Shown in pieces: positions 9,217 through 18,344 of a DNA stretch of 64,000 nucleotides. Origin of the DNA: an uncultured Syntrophobacteraceae bacterium (lineage in GTDB: Bacteria; Desulfobacterota; Binatia; UBA9968). The notes beneath the pieces are model-generated. The model was not told where the DNA came from, ran no database searches, and saw nothing but the letters and a program-made list of their open reading frames with translations. Where the stretch lies: positions 13,443 to 77,442 of the forward strand of contig CAZNES010000004.1 in assembly GCA_964572145.1 (NCBI GenBank). The letters run 5' to 3'. Both the position numbers and the translations under genes were made by a program. Position 1 is the first letter of the stretch; every line of letters starts with the position of its first letter.

Positions 9217-10293
9217 ATGAACGCGGCTCAAGTCCGGCTGGAAAAAATCGGCAAGAGGTACGGCGAGCTGTGGGCGGCGCGCGACGTCGACGTCAATATA
9301 CAAAGCGGAGAATTTTACACACTGCTCGGCCCGAGCGGTTGCGGCAAGACCACGCTGTTAAGAATCATTGCGGGATTTCTCGCGCCTGATGAAGGAACGG
9401 TGTGGTTCGACGACAAAGCGGTCAATCACGTCCCGCCGTGGCAGCGCGATGTCGGCATGGTGTTTCAGAATTACGCCCTCTGGCCGCACATGACGGTTTT
9501 CGAAAACGTCGCCTTCGGCCTGCGCGAGCGAAAGGTCCCGCGCTCCGAGATCACGAAGAGAGTTGCCGAGGCCCTCGCGCGCGTCGGCCTATCCGCTACC
9601 GAGAAGCGCCGCCCCTCGCAGCTATCCGGCGGGCAGCAGCAGCGCGTCGCTCTGGCGCGGACGCTGGTCGTGCAGCCCCGAGCGCTCTTGCTCGACGAGC
9701 CGCTGAGCAACCTCGACGCCAAGCTGCGCGCCGAGATGCGCATCGAGCTGCTGAAAATCCAGCGCGATCTCGGCATCACGACCGTCTACGTCACGCACGA
9801 TCAAGAGGAGGCGCTCGCGCTCTCGACGCGCATCGCGGTAATGGATGCGGGAAAAGTCGTGCAGGAAGGCAGCCCGCGTGAGATCTACGAGCGGCCTCGG
9901 TCGCGCTTCGTCGCCGAGTTCGTCGGCCAATCGAATCTATTTTTCGGGACGATCAAACAGTCCGGCGGCGGATTCGTGGAGATTCAAACCGGCGAGGGGT
10001 TCACGATCAAGGCCGCTCGGAACGAGGCTAAGGCCGGAAAAATTACGCTGTACATCCGGCCCGAAGCGATCGAGTTGGTGCCCGTCGGCGACGCTTCCCC
10101 GGCGAGCAACCGGCTCATCGGCAAGGTCGCCGCCTCGGCCTACCAGGGCTCGTCCGTAGCGTATGAAGTCGATGTCCAGGGTAGATCGCTCCGCGCCCAC
10201 GTGGCTCATCCGAAAATTCTTTTCCAGCGCGGCGACGTGGTCGCGGTGGTATTCGACCCGAAAGATGTAGGATGGGTGGTGGAAGAGGGTTGA
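9217..10293 (+). CDS. ABC transporter ATP-binding protein (FbpC/PotA-like) with C-terminal TOBE-like domain
   Basis: Walker A GPSGCGKTT, signature LSGGQQQRVALAR, Walker B LLLDEPLS. Confidence 0.9.
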   Translation: MNAAQVRLEKIGKRYGELWAARDVDVNIQSGEFYTLLGPSGCGKTTLLRIIAGFLAPDEGTVWFDDKAVNHVPPWQRDVGMVFQNYALWPHMTVFENVAFGLRERKVPRSEITKRVAEALARVGLSATEKRRPSQLSGGQQQRVALARTLVVQPRALLLDEPLSNLDAKLRAEMRIELLKIQRDLGITTVYVTHDQEEALALSTRIAVMDAGKVVQEGSPREIYERPRSRFVAEFVGQSNLFFGTIKQSGGGFVEIQTGEGFTIKAARNEAKAGKITLYIRPEAIELVPVGDASPASNRLIGKVAASAYQGSSVAYEVDVQGRSLRAHVAHPKILFQRGDVVAVVFDPKDVGWVVEEG

Positions 10294-10322
10294 GGTGTTT
10301 TTCTTTTTGGAGGTATTGAAAC

Positions 10323-10967
10323 ATGAAGCTTTACACTTTTTTTCGCAGCTCGGCGTCGTACCGGGTGCGGATCGCGCTCAACTTGAAAGGGTTGGAGTAC
10401 GAGCACGTGCCGATCCACTTGCGGCGCAGCGGCGGCGAACAGTTTTCGCCGGAGTATAAAGCGAAGAATCCGCAGGCGCTCGTGCCCACGTTGGAAGACG
10501 GCGGGCGGCTTCTCACCCAGTCGCTGGCGATCATCGAGTATCTCGAAGAGCTCTACCCCGAGCCGCCGCTGTTGCCGAAAGAGCCGGCCGACCGGGCGCT
10601 CGTGCGCGCGATGGCGCTCGCTATCGCGTGCGAAGTCCATCCGATCCAGAATCTCAGAGTGCTGAACTATCTCAAAAGCGAGTTCAAGCTGGGCGATCTT
10701 GAGGCGAACCGTTGGGCGCAACATTGGATCGGGCTCGGCTTCTCGGCGCTCGAAGAGATGGTGCGGGCCGCGCCGAAGCGCGGCAAATTTTGTTTCGGCG
10801 ATGCGCCGACGCTGGCCGATCTCTGCCTCGTGCCGCAGCTTTCCAACGCCAGAAGATTCGGCTGCGATTTGTCCGCGTATCCAACGCTGGTCCAGATCGA
10901 CGCGCACGGCGCGACGTTGCCGGCTTTCACCAAGGCCGCGCCGGAAAATCAGCCGGACGCGGAATAA
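10323..10967 (+). CDS. maiA: Maleylacetoacetate isomerase (glutathione S-transferase, zeta class)
   Basis: MKLYTFFRSSASYRVRIALNLKG N-terminal zeta-GST signature; ~214 aa. Confidence 0.75.
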   Translation: MKLYTFFRSSASYRVRIALNLKGLEYEHVPIHLRRSGGEQFSPEYKAKNPQALVPTLEDGGRLLTQSLAIIEYLEELYPEPPLLPKEPADRALVRAMALAIACEVHPIQNLRVLNYLKSEFKLGDLEANRWAQHWIGLGFSALEEMVRAAPKRGKFCFGDAPTLADLCLVPQLSNARRFGCDLSAYPTLVQIDAHGATLPAFTKAAPENQPDAE

Positions 10968-10977
10968 GGCGTAGAGG

Positions 10978-11088
10978 CGATGAGAGCCAACACCCACTCT
11001 CCGAGCCCGCGCAATGGGTCGGTGATTAATCCAACCCCCAGTGTCGGATGCGCGGGCTCTCCACGCGGGCATCGGCTCTCATTCGAAG
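10978..11088 (+). promoter_or_regulatory. Nested inverted-repeat (long imperfect hairpin) element in the maiA / dapA-like intergenic region
   Basis: Outer arms GATGAGAGCC ... GGCTCTCAT and inner 11-bp arms GAGCCCGCGCA ... TGCGCGGGCTC enclosing a ~35-nt loop. Confidence 0.3.
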
Positions 11089-11120
11089 AGAAGAGGGGAA
11101 GAGTAAGATAGGAGTTGAAC

Positions 11121-12053
11121 ATGGAATTTAAAGGCATCTACTGCGCCAATATCACGCCGTTCGAGCCGGACGGCAGAGCGATTCGCATGGACGAGCTGGA
11201 GCGGCTTTTCCTGGAGCTGAAGCAAGCCGGTGTCGCCGGCATGGTTTGCAACGGCCACGCTGGAGAAGGCGAGCTGCTTACGCGGAAGGAAAAAGCTGAT
11301 GTCTTGAGATTGGCGCGGCGCGCGCTCGGCGCGAATTATCCCGTCGTTGCGGGCGTTCACGCGCTGCCGACGTGGGAGTTGCTCGAGCAGGTCGCGGATG
11401 CGCAAGAGACTGGCGCGAGCGCGGTGATGCTCTGCGCGCCGCCGCTGTTCGCCTGGCACGCAGACCGTCACCCGGATTTCGGCATCGCGCAGATCCGCGC
11501 GGTGGCCGAGGCGTTTCCGCAAATGCCGATCGTGCTCTTCCAGTATTCGCCGAACAATCCCTTTTATTATCGGCCGGAGACGCTGGCGCTGATCTGCCGC
11601 GAGATTCCGCAGGTGCAGGCGATCAAGATGGCGACCAACGTGGACGTGGGCCAATTCGAAGAGGAAGTGCGCGCCGTGCTCACGGTTCCCCGCAAAGTCT
11701 ATCTGTTGCCGGCGAACGGCCGGACTTTTTATTACGCGTTTCAGCTTCAGCCGGACGGCGCTCTATCCGGCTCGGCGAACTTCTGCCCGGCGCACGACGT
11801 CGAGCTGTTCGAAGCCGCGACGCGCGGAGACTTGAAGCGCGCGAAAGAATTGCACGATCAAATCTTTCCGATCTTTCGCCGAGTCTACTGCGATCCTTAC
11901 GTCTACCTCCACATCCGTTATAAGTATTGCGCCTGGCTGCTGGGCAAGATATCGAGCCCGGCCTTGAGATCGCCGTTGGTGCCGCTCCCGGAAGATGAAG
12001 TGAAAGGATTAAAAGAAGGCCTACGCGCCGCGGGGTTGGAGCCGGTGCGCTAG
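11121..12053 (+). CDS. Dihydrodipicolinate synthase / N-acetylneuraminate lyase family (DapA-like) class I aldolase
   Basis: ATG at 11121 after TAGGAG; the ORF track begins at a TTG six nt upstream; typical DapA-family N-terminus (GIYCANITPF...). Confidence 0.75.
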   Translation: MEFKGIYCANITPFEPDGRAIRMDELERLFLELKQAGVAGMVCNGHAGEGELLTRKEKADVLRLARRALGANYPVVAGVHALPTWELLEQVADAQETGASAVMLCAPPLFAWHADRHPDFGIAQIRAVAEAFPQMPIVLFQYSPNNPFYYRPETLALICREIPQVQAIKMATNVDVGQFEEEVRAVLTVPRKVYLLPANGRTFYYAFQLQPDGALSGSANFCPAHDVELFEAATRGDLKRAKELHDQIFPIFRRVYCDPYVYLHIRYKYCAWLLGKISSPALRSPLVPLPEDEVKGLKEGLRAAGLEPVR

Positions 12054-12114
12054 CTGAGAATCTGTGGACTCCGTCGAAGATTTGATCGTGCTTCAGTATC
12101 ACGTAAATTTGTAG

Positions 12115-12165
12115 GGGCGACCCTGTGTGGTCGCCCAAAACCGGGCAGGCACACAGGCCTGTCCC
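12115..12165. terminator. Two adjacent GC-rich hairpins between convergent genes (bidirectional terminator candidates)
   Basis: GGGCGAC-loop-GTCGCCC at 12115-12136 and GGGCAGGC-ACACA-GCCTGTCCC at 12143-12165. Confidence 0.45.
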
Positions 12166-12174
12166 TAAATGAGA

Positions 12175-13809
12175 TTACGGGCTTCTTCTCAGAATCGTCA
12201 GGGTCGCCTTCTTTGTCACGCCGCCGTAAGAACCGGAGATCGTCAAGGAGGTCTTTGCTCCCGCAGTTGTATTGACGGTGAAGGTGGCGGAGCTGGTTCC
12301 CGCCGCTACCGTGACGGTTGCCGGGACACTTGCTCTAGTCGGTCTGCTGCTTGAGAGCGAGACCAAGGTGCCGCCGAGCGGAGCTGCCCCGTTAAGACTC
12401 ACGGTTCCCGTCGAGCTCGAACCGCCGCCGACCGTAGTTGGATTTAGCGAGAGAGAGGTCAACACGGGTGGCTTTACTGCGAGCGCTGTAGTCTGTGTGA
12501 TGCCGTTGTAATTCCCCGTGATCGTCGCGGTGGTCGTTGTCCCTACCGGCGATGTATTCAGCGTGAAATTCACTGAGGTCGAGCCGGCTGCGACTGTGAC
12601 GGTCGCCGGCAGCGTAACCGCGGCGTCGCCGGTGGAAAGATCGACGACGATGCCCTCGGCCGGCGCGGCGGCCGTCAGAATCACAGTGCCGCTCGCCGTC
12701 TGCCCGCCCGTAACGCTCGACGGGCTTACACTCACGGCCCTCAGCGCCGCCGCCGATTGCGCCGGGGTATTGTAGCCCAGTTGGATCACTTCGAAATCGC
12801 TTGCCGTGAGCGCGGCGAAGGCTGGATTCAAAATCCCGTTGTCCCAGCGCGTGTCGTAAGTTCCGGTGATGTACATGTCCGAGCCGTTGTCCACTACGAT
12901 GAGCCCGTACTTCTGCATTGCGCGAAAGATTTTCCGCGCGTTGGGATCGGCGGTGCGCTGGTTTACGTCCACGCTCGCGTTGAGTCTCAGCCGCGCTCCC
13001 ATGGGCAGCGCTCCCGAAGTTGTGCCCGCGCGATGGGAGGCGGGATACACGTAGCCGTTGGTAGAGCGCACGGTGACGCGGAACGCGTGGCCGATGTCGG
13101 CGACATTCGGATCGTAAACTTCGTCGTGGCGGATCAAGCCGGGAAGGATTGCCAGCCCGGCGGCGTCCGCCGAAGTCCACGTCTCCGGCCTGCGGTCGTT
13201 GGTATTCATGTCGAAGAACGCGCCCGAGCCGGCATACCATTTTATTTGCGTCGGATTGTAATAGACGTTGTAAAGCTCGTAGAGGTAGTTGCGGTCGGCG
13301 TCTACGATGAGCATGTGGCGGTCCTGGCTGCTGCGCAGATCGACGTCGCCCGGATCGCCGCCTTCGATCCAGTAAGGCTGTGTCGCCGCCGCGGGCGGGA
13401 TCGGATAGAAGGGAAAACTCTTGCCCGTTATAAGGTCGACGCCGTCACTCTCGTCCCAATATAAAAAATCCACCGCGACCAGGTCGGACGGCGTGACGCC
13501 CGACACGACGGCGTAGGGCATGCCGTAGGTGGCGTAAGTGTCCTGCGGTGTGGACGCGTCGCCGCCGAGGTCGGGATGGAGCCGCCGCGCGCTGCCGTTA
13601 TTGATAAAGGCGATGTAATTGGCCGAACGCGGATCGACCGGCCAACTGCGGATGTCGAGGTTCCACCAGTTATCGGCCAGGCAAAGCGGGAGCGCGTCAG
13701 GCAGCGCGCCGCCGGCGATGCTATCCAGAGCTTGCGCGGGTTTACATGTCCCGAACCAGAGCGCGATGGCTGCGAGCAGTAGCGAAAGACGAAAGAAACT
13801 GTGAACCAT
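12175..13809 (-). CDS. Secreted hypothetical protein with two C-terminal Ig-like (Big-type) repeats
   Basis: ATG at 13807-13809 gives signal peptide MVHSFFRLSLLLAAIALWFGTCKPAQA; the C-terminus has two repeats ...ATVTVAAG(S/T)SS..F(T)(L/V)NT... Confidence 0.6.
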   Translation of the reverse strand: MVHSFFRLSLLLAAIALWFGTCKPAQALDSIAGGALPDALPLCLADNWWNLDIRSWPVDPRSANYIAFINNGSARRLHPDLGGDASTPQDTYATYGMPYAVVSGVTPSDLVAVDFLYWDESDGVDLITGKSFPFYPIPPAAATQPYWIEGGDPGDVDLRSSQDRHMLIVDADRNYLYELYNVYYNPTQIKWYAGSGAFFDMNTNDRRPETWTSADAAGLAILPGLIRHDEVYDPNVADIGHAFRVTVRSTNGYVYPASHRAGTTSGALPMGARLRLNASVDVNQRTADPNARKIFRAMQKYGLIVVDNGSDMYITGTYDTRWDNGILNPAFAALTASDFEVIQLGYNTPAQSAAALRAVSVSPSSVTGGQTASGTVILTAAAPAEGIVVDLSTGDAAVTLPATVTVAAGSTSVNFTLNTSPVGTTTTATITGNYNGITQTTALAVKPPVLTSLSLNPTTVGGGSSSTGTVSLNGAAPLGGTLVSLSSSRPTRASVPATVTVAAGTSSATFTVNTTAGAKTSLTISGSYGGVTKKATLTILRRSP

Positions 13810-14001
13810 GTCTGCCTCCCTCGCCAACGCTACAGCAAGCCCCATGCCGGGGCGCCGCCGCCGGCAACTCCGGGAAAAGCTGGGATTGTGCTGGAAAGAA
13901 AAGACAGATTGAGAAATCGCGCGATATCCAACTTTCGTCACTCCGCGCGCCTCTGTTCATCTTTTCCTCCATCCGTCCCTTTTTATCCTTCATCTTTGTT
14001 C

Positions 14002-14031
14002 TTGACGCTGGTCGGAGAGTTGCCCTATTTT
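14002..14031 (+). promoter_or_regulatory. Sigma-70-like promoter candidate for the 14054 gene
   Basis: TTGACG (14002-14007), 17-18 nt spacer, TATTTT; ~20 nt upstream of the RBS and ATG. Confidence 0.25.
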
Positions 14032-14053
14032 GCAAAAGAGGGAGGATGAGAAG

Positions 14054-15049
14054 ATGAGATTAATATCGCTATTGATCGCCTGCATGCTCTGGTGCGCCAC
14101 TACACTCACGGCCGAAGCCGCCACGGTGTCGGTCCTCGTCGATCTCGATCCGAACAGCGCGGACCAAACCGTAATCGTCGAGACCGTCACCGCCGATCAG
14201 CAGGGTCGGCTCTATGTCTGCGACCGCGTGACGGGCAATGTCATCCGGATCGATCCCAAAGATCCCAAGCTCGTCGTGGTCGGCCGGCTTGAAGCGCGCG
14301 AAATCGACGGCAAGAAGGTCAGGGCCGACAGCTCAGGTCTCGTCTTCAACCGGCAGGGAGATCTCTATCTTACCAGCGGCGCGTTCCGCGAGATCCTCCG
14401 CATCAATAAAGCCGATCTCAATCCGGAAAAGCCGGGCGTGGCTGAGACGTTTGCGACCGGCACCGAAGGCGCCAACGGCATCGCCTTCGACAAAAACGGA
14501 ATGCTCTATGTCTCAGGCGGCCGAAACGGAAAAATATATCGCATCGGGCTTGCGGGCGGCGCCGCTGAGGATTGGGCGCAGATCGAGCTTTACACGCGCA
14601 CCCTTCCCGATGGGAAGACGCAGCAGGCGATTCCGGCCAACGGGCACGTATTCGACGCCAAAGGAGAGGTTCTTTATATAGCGGACACCGCACGGGGCGC
14701 GATCTGGAAAGTGGCGGTCGGCGCCGACGGAAAATCCGGCAAGCCTGCGCTCGTTGCGCAGAGCCCGCTGCTGGAAGGAGCGGACGGGCCGGCGTTCGAT
14801 CCGAAGGGAAATCTTTGGGTCGCGGCCAACGAGCGCAACGCGATCGTCATGGTCACGCTCGACGGCAAAGTGGAAGACATCGCGAAGAATGACAGCAAAG
14901 GGCCGCTGGAATTTCCCACTTCGGTCGTTTTTGTCGGCAACACGGCGTACGTCAACAACTTCGATACGCCGCGGCGCGACAATCTCGCCGCCGACGGCAA
15001 GACTTCGCTGGACGGCATCGGCGCGTCGATCGTGCAGATTACGCCGTAG
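14054..15049 (+). CDS. Secreted SMP-30/gluconolactonase/LRE-like beta-propeller protein
   Basis: ATG at 14054 after AGGGAGGATGAG; signal peptide MRLISLLIACMLWCATTLTAEA; repeated ...GxLYxxD / ...GNLWVA propeller motifs. Confidence 0.6.
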   Translation: MRLISLLIACMLWCATTLTAEAATVSVLVDLDPNSADQTVIVETVTADQQGRLYVCDRVTGNVIRIDPKDPKLVVVGRLEAREIDGKKVRADSSGLVFNRQGDLYLTSGAFREILRINKADLNPEKPGVAETFATGTEGANGIAFDKNGMLYVSGGRNGKIYRIGLAGGAAEDWAQIELYTRTLPDGKTQQAIPANGHVFDAKGEVLYIADTARGAIWKVAVGADGKSGKPALVAQSPLLEGADGPAFDPKGNLWVAANERNAIVMVTLDGKVEDIAKNDSKGPLEFPTSVVFVGNTAYVNNFDTPRRDNLAADGKTSLDGIGASIVQITP

Positions 15050-15060
15050 GAGGAAGAGGA

Positions 15061-15500
15061 TGAGCGCGATCGACATTAAATTCCGCATCCGACACACGAT
15101 GCTGCCGGTTGTGGACATGGACCGGACGATCGATTTTTACACCCGGCTTCTCGGCATGGACATCATGCGCATCCGCGAAGAGCCGGAGAAAAAGCTGCGC
15201 ACGTTTTATCTGGGCTACGGCAGCGAGGACGACGGCCCGGCGCTGGAATTGATCCAGACCGGCGCCGCGGATGCGAACGCCAAGATGGCCCTATGGTCGG
15301 GCCACGTCGCGCTGTACGTCTCGGACCTCTACAAGCTCGCCGAGACTTTGAAAGCGGAAGGCGTGAAATTTACCATGGAGCCACGGCCGAATAGACCCGG
15401 CAGCAAAGATTCGGATGCGTTCATTCAAGTTCCGGATGGATATACGCTGGAATTGACCGAACGGCATTCGACTACGGGGCCGCCCCTCAAGCGGTCATGA
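15061..15500 (+). CDS. VOC-family protein (glyoxalase I / lactoylglutathione lyase-like)
   Basis: ATG at 15061 after AGGAAGAGG; RHTMLPVVDMDRTIDFYTRLLGM...ELIQ... typical glyoxalase fold signature. Confidence 0.7.
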
Positions 15501-15576
15501 ACGTAGCCTAGCCGGAAGTATCTCTCCGGTCCGATGCGATACGTCTGTGTGGCGCTCACTTAATGTGCTTAAGGTA

Positions 15577-15598
15577 GGGGCGGTTCGCGAACCGCCCC
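15577..15598. terminator. Perfect 22-bp palindrome GGGGCGGTTCGCGAACCGCCCC between convergent genes
   Basis: Lies between the stop of the + gene (15500) and the stop of the - gene (15616). Confidence 0.55.
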
Positions 15599-15615
15599 TG
15601 CGACTCGGTCGACCA

Positions 15616-16287
15616 TCATATGCCCGTCGTCAGCAAATGGATCAGCGCCCCCACCGCCCCCGAAATAATCGCCAGATAAATTCCGAAGAGCGCCAGTGTA
15701 ATGAGGAGATTTTTTCCCCAATGCGCACTCAACGCGATGCCGAATGGAATCCCGGCGACGAAGCCGATGATGTGGGCGACGTAGGCCACGTTGTGATCGT
15801 AGCCCTGAATACGGCTGGGGTCGTAGACTACCGCCACGTTGTACACAAAGTATATGATCGCAACGAGTCCCTGCGGCGCGAGGAAGAGCCAGGAAAATTT
15901 GAGCGGGCTCACCAGCGTCACGCAAGCGGCGACGGTGAAAATAGCGGCGGAAGCGCCGAGCATGCCGGCGCCGCGCGGCATGAACGGGATGCTCAGCAGG
16001 AAAGCCAAAACTCCGCCGGTGAAAAAGACCATGAGGTGTTTTGCCGCCCCGACGTTTTTCTCCAGCGTATTGCCGAAAACAAAAAGAAAAAGCATGTTGC
16101 CGAAGAGATGCAGCGGACTGGCGTGAACGAAGAGAGCGGGCAGTAGCGTCCAGGGCCTGCCGTGTAGGAGATTGTTCGAGCTGAAAACGAGATTGGGTTC
16201 GGCGAACGCCGGCGGTTGCTGCCAGGCCCAAAGGCTCGCCGTGATGCAAGCGAGGATCAGAAGATAATTGGCGCGCATCACACGCAA
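15616..16287 (-). CDS. Rhomboid-family intramembrane serine protease
   Basis: Six TM segments; GASAAIF serine motif and a TM6 His (AHIIGFVAG) in the rhomboid arrangement. Confidence 0.7.
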   Translation of the reverse strand: MRVMRANYLLILACITASLWAWQQPPAFAEPNLVFSSNNLLHGRPWTLLPALFVHASPLHLFGNMLFLFVFGNTLEKNVGAAKHLMVFFTGGVLAFLLSIPFMPRGAGMLGASAAIFTVAACVTLVSPLKFSWLFLAPQGLVAIIYFVYNVAVVYDPSRIQGYDHNVAYVAHIIGFVAGIPFGIALSAHWGKNLLITLALFGIYLAIISGAVGALIHLLTTGI

Positions 16288-17375
16288 CCGAGCGCGCGCG
16301 CCACATTCGTCAGCAGCTCTTCAAAATCATCGAGCGAGTTGAAGCGTGGCGAAGCGCCGAGGTGCGGCGTGATGATCACGTTCGGAAAGCCGAGCAAAGG
16401 ATCGTCGGTGCGGCCCGGCTCGTCGTAAGGCGGATCAAGCGCAAAGCCGCCCAATCGCCCCGCGGCAAGCGCTTCGATGAGCGCCTCGCGGTTTATGAGT
16501 TGAGGCTGCGACACATTAACGAGCAGGGCGCCCGGCCTTATAATAGCGAGCTCGCGCCGGCCGATGATGCCCCACGTACCGGCGCCGCCGGGGAGATGGA
16601 GGCTCACGCAATCGGAGGTCGCGAGCAATTCGTCGAGGGAGACATAGGTCGCGTGATAGCGCCGTTCTTCCTCCGGGGCGAGACGATTTCGCTGCGTGTA
16701 AACGACGCGCATGCCAAACGCCGCAGCGCGGAGCGCCAGCTCGCGGCCGATTTCGCCCAGGCCGAAGATGCCGAGCTGCCGACCGTGCAGCGTCCAGAGG
16801 CCGGGGACGCGCGCCCAGTTGCCGTTGGCGGTGTGTGCGCGATCGAAAGTCGTGGGATCGAAACCGGCGGCGCGAAGTTGCTCGACGCTGATGTGATTGG
16901 CGGTCCGGGTGAGTTTACGCGCAAGCGCAAGCATCAGCGCCAGCGCGTGCTCGGCCGTGGCAATATTGGCGAGCCGTCTCACCGTGAGCACGCGGACTCC
17001 TGCGCGCACGCAGGCGGCGTGATCGATGGATGAAGTGACGACGCCGTATTTCTGCACGATCTTGAGCGCGCCGCCTGCGGCCGCGATCTCTGTCTCGCCG
17101 ACGCGGAATCCTTCGACGACGAGGACATCCGCCCCCGGCAGGCTCGCCCCGAGCGCCGCTTCGTCCGCTACGAGCCGGACTTCCGCTGGATAGAGACGGC
17201 CGAGGCGCGCGCGGAGCCGCTCGCACCAACCGGTAAAGTCGGGCAAATCGTGAGCGACGAAGTGATCAAAAGCCGCCGTGCGCGCGGCAGGCGTCGCCGG
17301 ATCGAGAATGACCTGGATCAGACGCGGAAAGGGATCGTCTTCGACAACGATGATGGGTCGCGGCGGAATAGGCAT
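16278..17375 (-). CDS. D-isomer-specific 2-hydroxyacid dehydrogenase family, NAD-binding
   Basis: GIFGLGEIG Rossmann motif; overall 2-HADH pattern; 10-nt overlap with the downstream rhomboid gene suggests an operon. Confidence 0.8.
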   Translation of the reverse strand: MPIPPRPIIVVEDDPFPRLIQVILDPATPAARTAAFDHFVAHDLPDFTGWCERLRARLGRLYPAEVRLVADEAALGASLPGADVLVVEGFRVGETEIAAAGGALKIVQKYGVVTSSIDHAACVRAGVRVLTVRRLANIATAEHALALMLALARKLTRTANHISVEQLRAAGFDPTTFDRAHTANGNWARVPGLWTLHGRQLGIFGLGEIGRELALRAAAFGMRVVYTQRNRLAPEEERRYHATYVSLDELLATSDCVSLHLPGGAGTWGIIGRRELAIIRPGALLVNVSQPQLINREALIEALAAGRLGGFALDPPYDEPGRTDDPLLGFPNVIITPHLGASPRFNSLDDFEELLTNVARALGCV

Positions 17376-17384
17376 CGATGGATA

Positions 17385-17915
17385 TTAGCCGGGCTCGGGA
17401 TCGATCTTCAACGCCTGCAGCACCCGCGAGAGCATGTTATAAGCGCCGATCAACATCGTGAGCTCCACCGTCCGGCGCTCGTCGTAATGTTTTCTTAGCT
17501 CGGCGAACACCGCGTCGGGCACGTCGATGTCGCGCGTCATCGCATCGACGTAGGCGAGCAGGGCACGGTGTCGATCGCTGAACATCGGCGATTCGCGCCA
17601 GTTCGCCAGCGCATCGACCTGCGCTCGGGTGAGCCCTTCTTTTAGAGCATAGACGGGGCCATGGGCGCGGAGAATGTAATCGACGCGATTTAAAATCGCG
17701 ACGCGCATCACCGCCAGCTCGCGGCTTTGCCCATCGACTTTGGTTCCGTAACGCACGGCCTGATTGAGCTCGAACCAGCCGCCGGCCAGCGCCGGGCTGT
17801 GCAGCATCATGCGGTAGATGTTCAGGAGCCGGCCGCCGCGCGCGCCGCGAATCTTGGCAATGAGATCGGACAGCTCAGGATAATTCTGCTCGTCGATCAA
17901 CGAGACGCGGGCCAT
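17385..17915 (-). CDS. Carboxymuconolactone decarboxylase family (AhpD-like) protein
   Basis: 176 aa with the CMD-family pattern (HSPALAGGWFELNQAVR...LTMLIGAYNMLSR). Confidence 0.75.
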   Translation of the reverse strand: MARVSLIDEQNYPELSDLIAKIRGARGGRLLNIYRMMLHSPALAGGWFELNQAVRYGTKVDGQSRELAVMRVAILNRVDYILRAHGPVYALKEGLTRAQVDALANWRESPMFSDRHRALLAYVDAMTRDIDVPDAVFAELRKHYDERRTVELTMLIGAYNMLSRVLQALKIDPEPG

Positions 17916-18019
17916 AAATTTCCTTTTCGGCCGCGGTAGCGCACCGTGATGCCGGATCAGTTTATGAAAGCCGGCGGAAGTCCACCTTATAAGAGACCAG
18001 CTTGCGATTGCAATTCCTG

Positions 18020-18068
18020 GAAAGAAAACACGAAGAGGGTAGCCGTAAAAAAACGGCTACCCTCTTCG
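18020..18068 (-). terminator. Intrinsic terminator on the minus strand: 14-bp perfect stem with 8-nt loop, followed by a T-rich tract
   Basis: GAAGAGGGTAGCCG-TAAAAAAA-CGGCTACCCTCTTC at 18033-18068; the minus strand then reads TGTTTTCTTTCC (18020-18031). Confidence 0.45.
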
Positions 18069-18344
18069 TCGGCTACCTGAGCTGTGCGTGCCCAGGTTTA
18101 TAAATTGTGCTAATTTTTTTCTGAGGCTATCTCCTTCCTCGGACGAATTTGAAAATGATAGCGCAAGCAGCATGCCAACGAAAAGAACTGCCGATTCGGC
18201 GATTTTTGTGAACCGCCGATCATTTGCGCGCCTCTTGCTTGAAGGCTCCAGCCTACAATGAGCTGGCGTAACCTGCACATCTTCGACACGGTTCGACTTG
18301 CAGAATATCTCGAGCATTATCAAAATAGCGCTCCGAGAGTTTCC

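Noticed and set aside
15616-16287. Rhomboid protease as a possible rhombosortase (GlyGly-CTERM sorting system)
   Set aside because: No GlyGly-CTERM substrate is visible nearby, and it is operonic with a dehydrogenase. A general rhomboid is the more conservative reading.
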